Made by a program: the position numbers and the translations under genes. Positions 37,697 to 48,289 of a DNA stretch of 64,000 bases are shown piece by piece (within the stretch, counting starts at the first letter, position 1; every line of letters starts with the position of its first letter). Source of the DNA: Candidatus Obscuribacteraceae bacterium (GTDB lineage: Bacteria > Cyanobacteriota > Vampirovibrionia > Obscuribacterales > Obscuribacteraceae); the NCBI GenBank assembly GCA_044229845.1, contig JBGASG010000002.1, positions 64,001-128,000 of the forward strand. Direction: 5' to 3'. A model generated the notes under the pieces. The model saw only the letters and a list, made by a program, of their open reading frames with translations, had not been told where the DNA came from and did not search any database.

Positions 37697-38710
37697 CTAC
37701 AGTCCCTTATTGGAAGTGGCGGCGGTCACAGGCGCTTTGGAGTGCTCGTCGAGCCAAGCCAGCAGTTGCTCCATGATGCCGTCGATCGTTTCGAACTGTG
37801 CTTCTTCGAAGGTGAGGTGCTCGCCGTTGGCGATCACGATGCAGCGCGTATCTGGTGATTTGATTTCGTTGGTGACGTTGAGCGTGCTGGAAGCCTTGAC
37901 CAGCATATCCTTTTCACCTTGAACGACCAACACCGGCGTCTTAGTGATGCGGCGGGCGCATTCGACGTTGCCCTCGCAAAGTTTCTGGAAGTGAATCAGA
38001 TCCATCGGCGTCAAATCAAAACGCGCGAATTCGTCCTTGTGCCACTCCTCCCGCAAGTCTTCCTTGACGGTGGAGCGCATTAAGATCGGCGCCACGTCCA
38101 TTGTCTTGCCCGGGCGCAAAAACAGGTTCATGCCCACCTTCACCGAATCGGACATCATGTGCCAGCGGTCGCCTGCCGGCACCGAGGCAATCAAGCCATC
38201 GATCAATTCAGGGTAGAACGAAGTGGTGCGCACGGAGATGGCGCCGCCCATCGACTCACCAAGCAGGAAGACCGGCTTATTCGGATGCTGGGCGCGAATA
38301 AACCGCAGAGTCTTCGCCACATCTTCAATCGTGCCGTGGAAATCCAAATGCCGCACCTCGGGCATCTTCTGGAAAGACCCGAAGCCGCGCACATCCATGG
38401 CATACACCGCCCAGCCTTTGGGCGCCATCCGCTCACCGAATGTTCTGTAGCAGCCTTTGTGCAGTCCCAGTCCGTGCACGCAAAGAATCACACCCTTGAG
38501 CGGCACAGACTCGTCGATCCACGTCATGCATGGCGTGTCGTTGACGAATTCGGAATTGCCCTTTTCATATTTCGGTTTGGCACCAGGGGCGGTATCATGA
38601 AGCTTTTCGGTATCGTCGCCCCTGAGCAGCTGGGCTTGCACCACCGGCATCGTCAGCGCCAGCGCCGCCAGGGCAGCGAGGAGGGCGATCCGCAACTTGA
38701 TGAGCTTCAT
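37697..38710 (-). CDS. Secreted alpha/beta hydrolase (lysophospholipase/monoglyceride lipase-like)
   Basis: Signal peptide; VHGLGLH, DVRGFG, GESMGG, QGEKD, GEHL. Confidence 0.87.
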   Translation of the reverse strand: MKLIKLRIALLAALAALALTMPVVQAQLLRGDDTEKLHDTAPGAKPKYEKGNSEFVNDTPCMTWIDESVPLKGVILCVHGLGLHKGCYRTFGERMAPKGWAVYAMDVRGFGSFQKMPEVRHLDFHGTIEDVAKTLRFIRAQHPNKPVFLLGESMGGAISVRTTSFYPELIDGLIASVPAGDRWHMMSDSVKVGMNLFLRPGKTMDVAPILMRSTVKEDLREEWHKDEFARFDLTPMDLIHFQKLCEGNVECARRITKTPVLVVQGEKDMLVKASSTLNVTNEIKSPDTRCIVIANGEHLTFEEAQFETIDGIMEQLLAWLDEHSKAPVTAATSNKGL

Positions 38711-38724
38711 TGGCGTTTCTTCCT

Positions 38725-41298
38725 TTACTTCATACCGACGACAACGTCGCTGGAATAGAGTTTCTTGAGCGTACCGACGTCACGCTGCGACAACATGGGC
38801 TTGGCACCGGCGGACGGCATCGAGCAAAACATGATGTCTGTCGGTTTCGGGCTGTGCCCCATCAGTCCCAGCGAATGCCCGACCTCGTGCAGACACACGG
38901 CATTGACCTGGTTGACGGTCAACGGTGCGTCGGGCGACGGATCGCAAGTCATGATCGTGATCGTCACGTGTTCGATGCCACCACCGCGCCAGCTGACTTT
39001 GGCAACGCCGCCTTCGGACAATGATGCGGCTTCAGCCGGATCGCTGCTCCATCGGCAGTCTATGTCGGCACCGTTTTCTGAATTGACGAATGCAAACTTC
39101 ACAGCGCTGCCGGATGCATCAGACCAGGTGCTGAAAGCAGACTTGAGCAGGGCTGTGTACTCGGTCTTGTAGCCCTTGGTACCGGACCCGTTGGAGATAT
39201 AAACCTTGATCGGTCCTTTGCTGGCGCCAGCCCAGCGAATCGGCTTTTGCTTGGTGGCATAGGCGAAGTAATCAATGGCATCTTTAAGACCGGCGACTTT
39301 CTCCACCATCGATTGGTCGGCGGCTTCCTCAGCCAAGTGATCCGAAAGGTCTTTGGCTTTGGCAGCCAGGGTGTCTTTCGGGAAGCGGCGAACGAACTCT
39401 CTATATGTAGCGACCGACTCCTTCAAGTGCCCGCCCATCTGGAAGGCGCTGGCCAGGTTCACCCAGGGCGCCGGCTTGGTGGCATCGAGGGCGATGGCAT
39501 CTTTGAGGTGATCGATGGCATCCTCCTGATTGCCGGTCTGAATCATGGCCAGCCCGATATTGGTGTGCGCCGAGGGCAATGTGTTGCACATGCTGAGCGC
39601 CTTGTTCAACAGTTCAATCGCCAGCTTGTACTTCTCTTCGCGAATCAGTTCATACGCCTGGTTAGCCAGGAGCATCGCCTTGTACTCGTCTTCGGTAATC
39701 AGCTTGCCGCCGGCCAGATACTGGATACGACCCCAGTTTTTGGGATTGGAGACGCCACCATTGACGGCGGCATGTCCGATCAGGGTTTTGCTCCCAGATA
39801 TTTGCCAGGGACGAAACTCGTCAGGCGTCGACTTCTCAGACTCCAGTCCAGGCATATGCACTATTCGCGGAGTGCTGGCGCTGGCAATCTGGGTCGTCGT
39901 GCCGCTGCTGCCCTGTCCGACCGTCGTGGTGCCGGAGTCGGGCAAGCTGCCGCCTTCCTGTGGACGCGGAATGTTTTTGTTTTCGACCGGCGGACGTGGA
40001 ATGTTTTTCTCCTCATCCGGCGGACGCGGAATGTTCTTGTCCTCGACCGGCGGCGTCGGGATGTTCTTCTGCTCGACCGGCGGACGCGGAATGTTCTTGT
40101 CTTCGACCGGCGGTGTCGGAATGTTTTTGTCTTCGACCGGCGGACGTGGAATGTTTTTGTCCTCCACCGGCGGCTCGGCGATCGGCTTGGTCTCAACCGG
40201 CGGACGGGCTATGTTTTTGTCTTCGACCGCTGGGCGCTTGATGTCTTTTTTCTCAGCAGCCGGGCGTTTGATGTCTTTGTTCTCGACCGGCGGACGCGGA
40301 ATGTTCTTATCTTCGACCGGCTTGGTTTCTAGGTCCTGGGTATTCTCGGGCGCGGTCTTCAACGTGCCTTCGTCTCCGCCATCGTCATCGGGCTTGAGTT
40401 TCGGGGTCTTGGCAGGCTTCGGAGGTTTCTTCTCCTCAACAGCCTTAGCAATCGCGGACTCAAGTGATATCGGCTTGGCTTTCGACTCCCAGTTACCGGT
40501 CGGCTCGCCTTCCAGAGCACCGTCATCGCCTGTGTACGGGGTGTTCAATTGTTGTTGAATGAAACGCAAGTTTTCTTTGGCGGCGTCCAATGCAATCGAG
40601 CTGCCCGCCGAGCGTCTCAACACATCGATGGATTTTTTGGCGGTGGTTTCGGCTTCATTGAGATTGCCCAGGTTGGCTTGCGACTGGGACAAGAGGGTCA
40701 ATGCATAACCGGCTTGTTGGCTATTGGCGCCGTATACGGACTCCTGGACGTTGACTAATTGCTTGTAGGTCTTATTGGCATACTGGTAATCGCTGGCCAT
40801 GATGGCTGTGGAAGCCAGGACCGGCAAAATTTTGGTGAGGCGTTGATCGGTCGGACCGTACTTGTCGGACCAGATCTGCACGACGCGCTTCAGCCAGACT
40901 TCAGCCGACAGCGGCTTTTCCTGCTGAGCGCAGACAGACAGCCCGTAGAGAGAATCCGCCACTTCCAAGCTGTCCGGTCCGAACCCCTTGGTCAGCCCCG
41001 GCAGCGACTGCTCGAAGTAGTCTTTCGCTTTCAGGTAGTCCTGCTGCCCGAGATACATCTGAGCGTAGAGCTGGTTGACCTGAGCCAGACGCGGGTCGTT
41101 GGTGGGAAACGCAGCCGTCTGCTGCACGGCCGTCTTCAGCGTCTGATTGGCGAGGTCATACTGCCCGGCGGTGATTTGCTGGCGAGCCGTGTCTACTGAA
41201 ACCTTCCAGGGCTCCTCTTTCTTGCCGGCATATACCGGTGTCGACACCAACAGCTGCATGCCAATACTCAGCGCCAGCGTGCGTTTCAGGAATTGCAT
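38725..41298 (-). CDS. Secreted TPR + Pro-rich repeat + matrixin-like metalloprotease
   Basis: Signal peptide; TPRs; HEVGHSLGLMGHS zinc motif with DIMF Met-turn. Confidence 0.85.
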   Translation of the reverse strand: MQFLKRTLALSIGMQLLVSTPVYAGKKEEPWKVSVDTARQQITAGQYDLANQTLKTAVQQTAAFPTNDPRLAQVNQLYAQMYLGQQDYLKAKDYFEQSLPGLTKGFGPDSLEVADSLYGLSVCAQQEKPLSAEVWLKRVVQIWSDKYGPTDQRLTKILPVLASTAIMASDYQYANKTYKQLVNVQESVYGANSQQAGYALTLLSQSQANLGNLNEAETTAKKSIDVLRRSAGSSIALDAAKENLRFIQQQLNTPYTGDDGALEGEPTGNWESKAKPISLESAIAKAVEEKKPPKPAKTPKLKPDDDGGDEGTLKTAPENTQDLETKPVEDKNIPRPPVENKDIKRPAAEKKDIKRPAVEDKNIARPPVETKPIAEPPVEDKNIPRPPVEDKNIPTPPVEDKNIPRPPVEQKNIPTPPVEDKNIPRPPDEEKNIPRPPVENKNIPRPQEGGSLPDSGTTTVGQGSSGTTTQIASASTPRIVHMPGLESEKSTPDEFRPWQISGSKTLIGHAAVNGGVSNPKNWGRIQYLAGGKLITEDEYKAMLLANQAYELIREEKYKLAIELLNKALSMCNTLPSAHTNIGLAMIQTGNQEDAIDHLKDAIALDATKPAPWVNLASAFQMGGHLKESVATYREFVRRFPKDTLAAKAKDLSDHLAEEAADQSMVEKVAGLKDAIDYFAYATKQKPIRWAGASKGPIKVYISNGSGTKGYKTEYTALLKSAFSTWSDASGSAVKFAFVNSENGADIDCRWSSDPAEAASLSEGGVAKVSWRGGGIEHVTITIMTCDPSPDAPLTVNQVNAVCLHEVGHSLGLMGHSPKPTDIMFCSMPSAGAKPMLSQRDVGTLKKLYSSDVVVGMK
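39961..40320 (-). repeat. Intragenic 30-bp tandem repeat, ~12 copies (PVEDKNIPRP)
   Basis: Directly visible 30-bp periodicity (cggacgcggaatgttcttgtcttcgaccgg variants). Confidence 0.92.
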
Positions 41299-41455
41299 GA
41301 AGTCACCTGCAAAAGATAGGGGTTATGGAGACACGAGCCATTTTATCCCGTCTGCGCCCGGTTGAGCCACGGCACGGGCAATGCCTCACGACCTTTTACA
41401 GGATCCTTACCGGCAGGCGGGAGTAGTTAGGAGGGATTAGCGAGAACACACCCTT

Positions 41456-42586
41456 TTATTGAGCATCTTTAAGGTCGCGGGCGCCCAGCCGCAGCATTTC
41501 GGTGCCCAAGATTTGCCGATAACTGTAGTCGTCCGGATCATGCGCGTCGATGAAATTCACAATCGCATCGAGCGCTGCCGAACGCAGGTATCTGGTCTCG
41601 AGCAGAAGGTGGCTGTACCCCGTCATCCAGCGGATCGTTTGATCCGGCGAGTTGATGTTGCGCGCCAGCTTGGTCACCGCCTGCGGTACCATCGCTTTGT
41701 CCTTGCTGCCCTGCAAAATTAAAACCGGCATCCCTTCCTTGAACTTCCTCGCCCATTTATTGGTCTTTTTCACAAAGCTCTGGGTCTCCAAAAGCGCCGC
41801 CAGCGGCATGTCGTGGCGCACCAGAGGATCGGCCGCCAGCTCCTCGCGAATCTGCGGTTCGTCACTGACCAGCTCTTTGAAAAAGACCTCGTAAGACATC
41901 TCGTGCCCCTTCTTGAAGAGAGCACCGATGCCTTCAGCGATGGTTTGCGGATGCACATACATGAGCGGATTGACACGCGAAGTCGGTGCGGCAACGATGA
42001 TTTCATCGATGATCTCCGGATGTTCTCCAGTGAGCCTGACGCAGAATGATGTGCCGAGACTCTCGCCAAGACAGGCAATTGAGAGATTCGTATATTTCTC
42101 TTTGAGGGCTTTCGCCAGGCCGACTATGTCGTCATAGCTTTTTTCATTGTCGATCTTTTGCAATGCCTCCGGTGCATCGGCTTTGGAGTTCAGTCCGTAG
42201 CCGCGCATATCCGGCGCAACAAATATTGCGCCACCACTGGCGAAACCACGAGCCAAAACTTCATAGCAGCGCCCATGCAGTGTCAAACCGTGCACGGCCA
42301 GCACCACCATGCGCACCTTCTGTCCGGAAGGAGCCCAGACGTGCACCGGCAATCCGTTGGCAGCCTTGCTCAACTCCGGATCATTTTCGATGTAATTGTA
42401 CTTGCCGTTCCACGTGACTTCTTGCAGAAACACCGGTGGGAAAACACCCGGCTCTGCCGACGGCGGTTCAACCTCGGCGAAACAGTGCGGCATCGCGATC
42501 AGCGATACGATCGCAGCAAACAGACCCGCTATCACAATACGAAGATTTGGCACCGGACGTTTCCTCACCAGAGCGGTCGTGGTCAC
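41456..42586 (-). CDS. Secreted alpha/beta hydrolase, paralogue of 37697..38710
   Basis: VHGLTLH, DMRGYG, GESLG, QGSKD, YSHLL; GTG 42586 overlaps the upstream TGA. Confidence 0.85.
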   Translation of the reverse strand: MTTTALVRKRPVPNLRIVIAGLFAAIVSLIAMPHCFAEVEPPSAEPGVFPPVFLQEVTWNGKYNYIENDPELSKAANGLPVHVWAPSGQKVRMVVLAVHGLTLHGRCYEVLARGFASGGAIFVAPDMRGYGLNSKADAPEALQKIDNEKSYDDIVGLAKALKEKYTNLSIACLGESLGTSFCVRLTGEHPEIIDEIIVAAPTSRVNPLMYVHPQTIAEGIGALFKKGHEMSYEVFFKELVSDEPQIREELAADPLVRHDMPLAALLETQSFVKKTNKWARKFKEGMPVLILQGSKDKAMVPQAVTKLARNINSPDQTIRWMTGYSHLLLETRYLRSAALDAIVNFIDAHDPDDYSYRQILGTEMLRLGARDLKDAQ

Positions 42587-43305
42587 TGCACAGACAACCA
42601 TACGCCGAGCAGCAAAATAATTCCAGAGACAATCTGTTTGAAGATCCGGTCGGGAATTTTGGCCAGCACTTGTCGTCCTGCGAAAGTGCCGACGAGGACG
42701 CCGGCGGTGCTCAGTGCGAGCAACGTCCAGATGGCGGACAATTGCTGCCACTGCAGATAGAAATAAACCGGCATGCGCGCGGCATCGACACACAGGGCAA
42801 TCGCAGTCGCGGTTGCCACCATGGCATTTTTGCTCAGATCAAACGACAGCAGCGCCGCGGATCTGATACCGCCCTGGTTACCTACAAGACCGCCCAGCGC
42901 GCCGGACAGCCCACCAGCGACCCAGCATAACGGGCCTTTGAACAAAGCGCGTTCATTGACCCGGGTGATGCCCACCAGCCCGGCGGCAATCAGCACCACG
43001 CCGAGGATGCGCGTCAATAGCAGGCTGTCGAACAAATTGTGAGCCATTGCTCCAGCCAGCCCGCCCAACGCGCTGGCGATACCAAAGTGCAACAGCACCG
43101 TTTTGTTGATGTCGGCGCGCAGCATCCAGCAGCGCACCGCTGTCCCGATCAAATGCGGAATAGAAACAGCAGCCACTGCCAGCTTTGCATCATGCAGATG
43201 CAACCAGAGCAGCGGCGTCAAAAGGCTGCCGATACCAAAGCCCGAAACTGACGCCACCGCACCAGCCAGGAATGCCACCAGCATTAGGAGCATCACGAAC
43301 TGCAT
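42583..43305 (-). CDS. TauE/SafE-family sulfite exporter-like permease
   Basis: SGFGIGSLLTP, GALGGLVGNQGG, about 8 TM helices. Confidence 0.88.
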   Translation of the reverse strand: MQFVMLLMLVAFLAGAVASVSGFGIGSLLTPLLWLHLHDAKLAVAAVSIPHLIGTAVRCWMLRADINKTVLLHFGIASALGGLAGAMAHNLFDSLLLTRILGVVLIAAGLVGITRVNERALFKGPLCWVAGGLSGALGGLVGNQGGIRSAALLSFDLSKNAMVATATAIALCVDAARMPVYFYLQWQQLSAIWTLLALSTAGVLVGTFAGRQVLAKIPDRIFKQIVSGIILLLGVWLSVQ

Positions 43306-43418
43306 GCCCCAAGCTTACACCGCGCCGAGTCTAAGCTCTAGTATTCCAGGAAAAACCCTGAGGCTGAATGGCTGAGTTGCAGGTACGCTTGATCACAGGG
43401 TTAATTTCGCAAGGCGTT

Positions 43419-44660
43419 ATGCGCGTAATCAAAGTTTTTGCGCTCATCATCGCAACCGCGTGCACGGCAGCCGCGGTTGCAGAAGAGAAACCGCACCTGC
43501 ACGGCAGCATCAATTCGCCGGCAGCGCCTGGTGCATCGGTGAAGAAACCAGCGTCGGCATCGACCAAGCAATCCACTCCTAAAACAAAAAAGCGCGGACT
43601 AGATCTGGTGATCGTCGACCCCAGCGGATCATACATCTCAAATCTGAATCCGAACTCAGACAGCAGCAACACAGCCCGGGCGCGACGCGAATCGATGGCA
43701 ACATATGCCAACCGCCGCGCTCGCGATCTCATGCAAAAGAAAGACTACGAGAATGCACTGCGCGAGTTCAATGAAGCGATCATGGCCAATCCTGATATGT
43801 CATACGTAATCGGTCGCGCCGAACTCTATGAACTCATGGGGCGCTACGAAGACGCCGCTCGCGACTGGAACAAGATTTACACCGACTGCCCGCAAGCCGA
43901 CGGCGACCTTTTGTTAGGCGCCGAATTTTTCAAGAAACGCGCAGACTACGAGAGCGCGTTGAAGTTTTGCAATCAGTCGTTGAAAGCATATCCGTCATCT
44001 CAAGCCTACCGCACGCGAGCCGACATTTATAAAGCGTCCGGCAACTACAGGCAGGCAATCGAAGATGCCTACAGTGCTTATCGCACAGCTCTGCAGAGCG
44101 GCTACGACGGGCAGGCGGAGAGGCAGTTGCTCAAGGCTTGGCTCGGTAAAGACCCTGGCATGCCGCAACCACCGAGACAAAAAGTCGGTGCCGTATTGAG
44201 CGTAATTAAGGCCCTGTCCGAATCGAAGAAACCATTCTCCCCGACGCTCACATCTCGACTCACAGGGCTGGCGTTAACGGAGCTGCCACTGCAGGGGACA
44301 TCCGAACATACCGGCAGTTTTGAGTCTCTGGTGCGGGACAGTTCCAAAGAGTGGTGGCGAGTAGAATTAGATCGTCCTGATGCGGGTGGATACCGAAATT
44401 GCCTGGAATTAGTGCTCAATCCGGCGGTCGTATCCGTCTCGGAAGATGACGTACGCAGCGTGTTCGGAGCCTGCGACCTGATTCCGAATCGCTCCACCAT
44501 GTGCATCCTGTCTCCCGCACATATGGAATACATTCGTCCCTGGGGCAAGCTGACTTTCCTGTTTCAAGACAGCGGATTCAAGTCGTTGTCCAGCGTCGTG
44601 ATGTGGGTGGAGCCTATATCAAAGCCCACATCCCGTTCGGGTTCCAGAAGTAAGGATTGA
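43419..44660 (+). CDS. Secreted TPR protein with a C-terminal alpha/beta domain
   Basis: Signal peptide MRVIKVFALIIATACTAAAVA; TPRs; C-terminal YIRPWGKLTFLF. Confidence 0.72.
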   Translation: MRVIKVFALIIATACTAAAVAEEKPHLHGSINSPAAPGASVKKPASASTKQSTPKTKKRGLDLVIVDPSGSYISNLNPNSDSSNTARARRESMATYANRRARDLMQKKDYENALREFNEAIMANPDMSYVIGRAELYELMGRYEDAARDWNKIYTDCPQADGDLLLGAEFFKKRADYESALKFCNQSLKAYPSSQAYRTRADIYKASGNYRQAIEDAYSAYRTALQSGYDGQAERQLLKAWLGKDPGMPQPPRQKVGAVLSVIKALSESKKPFSPTLTSRLTGLALTELPLQGTSEHTGSFESLVRDSSKEWWRVELDRPDAGGYRNCLELVLNPAVVSVSEDDVRSVFGACDLIPNRSTMCILSPAHMEYIRPWGKLTFLFQDSGFKSLSSVVMWVEPISKPTSRSGSRSKD

Positions 44661-45678
44661 CGTCGGAGAATTCGCACTTGCGCCACTGAGCGATGAACGT
44701 GCGGTCGTGCACCACCGAGTAGAAATTGCATTGCGGCGGCAGCTTGTTGTAGTTGAGCGCCTGAAAGCGCGCGAATTCCTGGATGATTTCGCGGTAGTTC
44801 GAAGCATTCATGGGCGCTTGCACGCGCACGTCGGCATAACCGATAGAGTGCATGCCGAACGAGTATGCATCCTGTTCGGAAAATCCCATCATCACCAGCG
44901 CATTGAATGTATATCCAGATTGAGCGCAGCGCCGCCACTCATCTGCATCAAGAAGCAGTCCGCTGTGAAATGACCAGATCAACTGACCGCCGACCGCGTC
45001 CATCAATGCCGATGTCGTGCGCAGAAAAGATTTGGCGAAGGCTTGCTGATTGGGAAAACTCTGGGCGATGGATGAAGCCGGTCCGCTGATGCGTAGAGAA
45101 TAATTGCGTTCTTTTACTGCCTTGAACGCTGAGCGGTCCAGGTAGCCGAGCGCCAGCATGTTTTCGTACGTATCGAGACTGGCCTGGCGCTCGCCCGGTC
45201 TGGCAGGCTCGATGCTGATCTCGAAGATGGCACCATGCCCGCCCACTGTGACACCATCTGTAGAGACAGTGCCGGCGTTGACGATGCGGCGCAGCACTTC
45301 TGACGGATCCTTCGCCCGCACAAAGACGACGGCACTGAGCGCACTGTTGAAGGGAGCCAGGTTTTCCACAGTGTTCTTCGCGCCGTGCGCACGAAATTTG
45401 CATTGCTCAAGTGACGTGCGCACCCCTTCAGCATCACCATGTTCATTGATATGAGCCAGTCCGGCACAGGCGCGTGCGTAAGCAGATTCATAATTGCCCA
45501 GCGAAAAGTGCAGCTCTGCCAGTTCAAGCAATGCACTCGGAGATTTGACGAAGCCGAGCGCGATTTCAAACTCTCTAGCTGCTTCATCGAGTCTCCCGCT
45601 TGCTGCAGCCTGGCGCGCCAACGCCATTCTCTGAATAGCGTAGTCATTCCAATGGCCGGACAGATTCGCTGTGGACAT
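44614..45678 (-). CDS. TPR + DUF4261-like hypothetical protein
   Basis: N-terminal TPRs; C-terminal SFGMHSIGYAD...FWNPNGMW (family resemblance from memory). Confidence 0.55.
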   Translation of the reverse strand: MSTANLSGHWNDYAIQRMALARQAAASGRLDEAAREFEIALGFVKSPSALLELAELHFSLGNYESAYARACAGLAHINEHGDAEGVRTSLEQCKFRAHGAKNTVENLAPFNSALSAVVFVRAKDPSEVLRRIVNAGTVSTDGVTVGGHGAIFEISIEPARPGERQASLDTYENMLALGYLDRSAFKAVKERNYSLRISGPASSIAQSFPNQQAFAKSFLRTTSALMDAVGGQLIWSFHSGLLLDADEWRRCAQSGYTFNALVMMGFSEQDAYSFGMHSIGYADVRVQAPMNASNYREIIQEFARFQALNYNKLPPQCNFYSVVHDRTFIAQWRKCEFSDVNPYFWNPNGMWALI

Positions 45679-45986
45679 TCCTGCCACCTCCTATGAACGG
45701 GTAGGGGTGAAACGGTTGCGGGACCAATCTGAACCGATTCTCGGTCAAAGCCGGCGATTAGTCATGCGTAAATTTACTAATCAAGCGGCGCCGAGAACCC
45801 GCTCCAGCACAGGCCAGTTGGCGAATGGCGGCATAGAACACTTTCGGATCGCAAGTGTACATGCGTGATTCGGGAGGCAGGGAAAAATCGCTTTGGCGAC
45901 GCCACCACTGAGAATTTACGAGACAAATCTCGTTGCAATTTGAATCATTCTTAACATGGAAGAAACCGCTCCAGCACGAGAGTGCA

Positions 45987-48155
45987 TCAAGTTTCTTCCG
46001 ACGGCAAATCGGGGGCAGCTTGCGGCGGAGATTCCGGTGCGGCTTCCGACTCCGGTGTCGCAGGCAGTGGCTTGCGCATGAAGTTGAGCCCCAGCACCGT
46101 TGAATAAAGCGCGGCTCCGATAAAGCCCAATGCCCGGATTCCCACCATCATCGAAGCATATTCAAGACATACACCGCCGACGCCGCCGATCAGGTTAAAC
46201 GCAAGCGCCGTACTGGGATTGCGCGTGCCCTTGAACAGCAGCGCAAAGCAGGTAGAGGCGAAGATTAGCGGGAAGAGGTACATGGTGCAAGCTGCGGTTC
46301 CACCAAGGGTCGGACCGAGCGGAATGAAACTGCTGGAGCTCACCATAGTCGAGGCGAGCAGCGAAGCGATGACGCCGGCGAGCAGCCAGGATACCCATTT
46401 TTCGCTGATCTTCATGGCGATGTAGTTGCCGATCAAAATCACGATCATGACGGCCGAGATAATGACGCTGTTAATCACCCAGGTCGAGCCGAACAGCAAT
46501 GATATATCCGCCATAGCACGCACTTCCATCATCATGAAAGCCATGCCCAGGAAGAACATCTGCCAGTTGCGGACGTTGCGCGCTCCGCGAGCGAATTCCA
46601 GTGCCACCGGGATGGCACTCAACAGCAGTACCGCCACGATCGGCAAAATGTACGAAGTTGGAATCTCTCGTTTAGGCAAGAACAAGAACGGCCAGTCATC
46701 AGTTGAAATCGATATCGGCGAGCTGGAAGTGACAGGGACGGCACGCCCCTTCAAGTAATCAGGCACCGCCTCCGGCTTGATGCCGCCGTTGGCGCCGAAG
46801 AGCATGCCGCTGTTCATATCGGCATAAGCGCGATAGCCAACCGGAGGCGCGCCGGTTGCATTAGCCAATGTCTTCAAATGCCTGTCCCAGAGCCATTCAC
46901 CAGGCATTACGAAACTGACGCAAATTATGCCGCCCGGCTTCAAACAATTGGCGGCGCTCTTCAGCGATTCTTCGGTGAAGACGTAGTTGTCCATGCGCAA
47001 TGACGACAGCGACGAGAACGCGGCGTGACTATCGAGAGCAGCGAAGACAATCACATCGTATTTCTTGTTGCAGGTCTGCAGGAAGTTGCGGGCATCCGTG
47101 ATGTACAGCTTGACGTTGGGGTTGTCGTACGGCTTCTCGGGATGCATGTCCTTGCCGATCTGAGCAATCGCCGGATCGATTTCGATGGCATCTATGTGCT
47201 TGATGCCGTTTCTGATGGCAGCAGCGACATCGCTGCCGCTGCCACTGCCGAGAACCAATACTTCCTGCTCGGGACGCTTGTCTTTGAACCAGCGCATCGG
47301 CTCGGTGAGCAGGTCTCGCTGCGCTGTGGCGACGTTGGGCGGCAACTTAGCCAGGGTCTCGGACGAGCAATCAACTATCGATTGGAACGAGTCGTAATTG
47401 ATAAAGAGGTTATAGCCGATGATCACGTCTTTGAAGCGGCCTTCATTGCCGCCCCGCTGCTTAACGACGTCGATACGGTAATACGGCGACCAGACCGTCT
47501 TCACGCAATCGCCGCCGTAAGCGCGCTTGGTCATCAACGGTTCCAGGTACACACCATAGGCAATACCAAGCAAGCAGAGCGCAATCGGTATCGCTCGCCG
47601 CTCGATCGTAAAGTAGAGCAAGCCCGCGACGATTAACCAGACCATCGGACCGGTGCTCATGAACGAGAGCACGGAAAATAGTATGGTTCCAAGCAACCCA
47701 CCAAAGACGTTTATTGAATAAGCGTTCAGCGGCGGCAACTGCGAGAAACACTTCCCTGTGCGCTGCCCCAATCCTATGAAGATGAAAGCAATCAGCGAGA
47801 ACACGGACAGCATGATCGCCAGACTGCGCAATGTTTGTTGGATAGTCACGACATTTTCCGGCTTGAGGCTGCCCTGCAAGCCCCACATCATGAATTGATC
47901 GGGATTCACGAACGTCAGGTAAGTCAGACCCAGTCCAAATGCCGTCGTCAGGAGACCAGCCAGGATCATCAGCGCAAAGGCTGACCAATTATACAGATCG
48001 CGCTTACGCTCGGACCAGATGAAACCGAGACCCAGTCCCAGAAAAACCGCCATCAAAGGCAGGTTTTTGAAATAAGCAAAGATGCGAATTTCGGTAGAGA
48101 CCCAGCGAATGACCAGCAACTCGCAGAAGAGCGCCAGAACGCTCAACAGCAGCAA
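45987..48155 (-). CDS. Membrane-bound spermidine-synthase-like SAM-dependent transferase
   Basis: TM blocks flanking WSPYYRI, VLGSGSGSD, EIDP, DARNFL, STDDWPFLFL. Confidence 0.82.
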   Translation of the reverse strand: MLLLSVLALFCELLVIRWVSTEIRIFAYFKNLPLMAVFLGLGLGFIWSERKRDLYNWSAFALMILAGLLTTAFGLGLTYLTFVNPDQFMMWGLQGSLKPENVVTIQQTLRSLAIMLSVFSLIAFIFIGLGQRTGKCFSQLPPLNAYSINVFGGLLGTILFSVLSFMSTGPMVWLIVAGLLYFTIERRAIPIALCLLGIAYGVYLEPLMTKRAYGGDCVKTVWSPYYRIDVVKQRGGNEGRFKDVIIGYNLFINYDSFQSIVDCSSETLAKLPPNVATAQRDLLTEPMRWFKDKRPEQEVLVLGSGSGSDVAAAIRNGIKHIDAIEIDPAIAQIGKDMHPEKPYDNPNVKLYITDARNFLQTCNKKYDVIVFAALDSHAAFSSLSSLRMDNYVFTEESLKSAANCLKPGGIICVSFVMPGEWLWDRHLKTLANATGAPPVGYRAYADMNSGMLFGANGGIKPEAVPDYLKGRAVPVTSSSPISISTDDWPFLFLPKREIPTSYILPIVAVLLLSAIPVALEFARGARNVRNWQMFFLGMAFMMMEVRAMADISLLFGSTWVINSVIISAVMIVILIGNYIAMKISEKWVSWLLAGVIASLLASTMVSSSSFIPLGPTLGGTAACTMYLFPLIFASTCFALLFKGTRNPSTALAFNLIGGVGGVCLEYASMMVGIRALGFIGAALYSTVLGLNFMRKPLPATPESEAAPESPPQAAPDLPSEET

Positions 48156-48289
48156 CTCTATGGCTATGCTCTTAGCACTTTTTACCGATTGAGAACTAGT
48201 AATTTTGGGGCTCCGCGCTGCTTACTACACCAACATAACAACGATATCACAACGCAGTCGTCAAGCCCTCCCGTCCAATCGTCGAAACG

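Noticed and set aside
39961..40320. 30-bp periodic repeat as a CRISPR array
   Set aside because: No unique spacers, in-frame within a protein with codon-type variation, and no cas genes.
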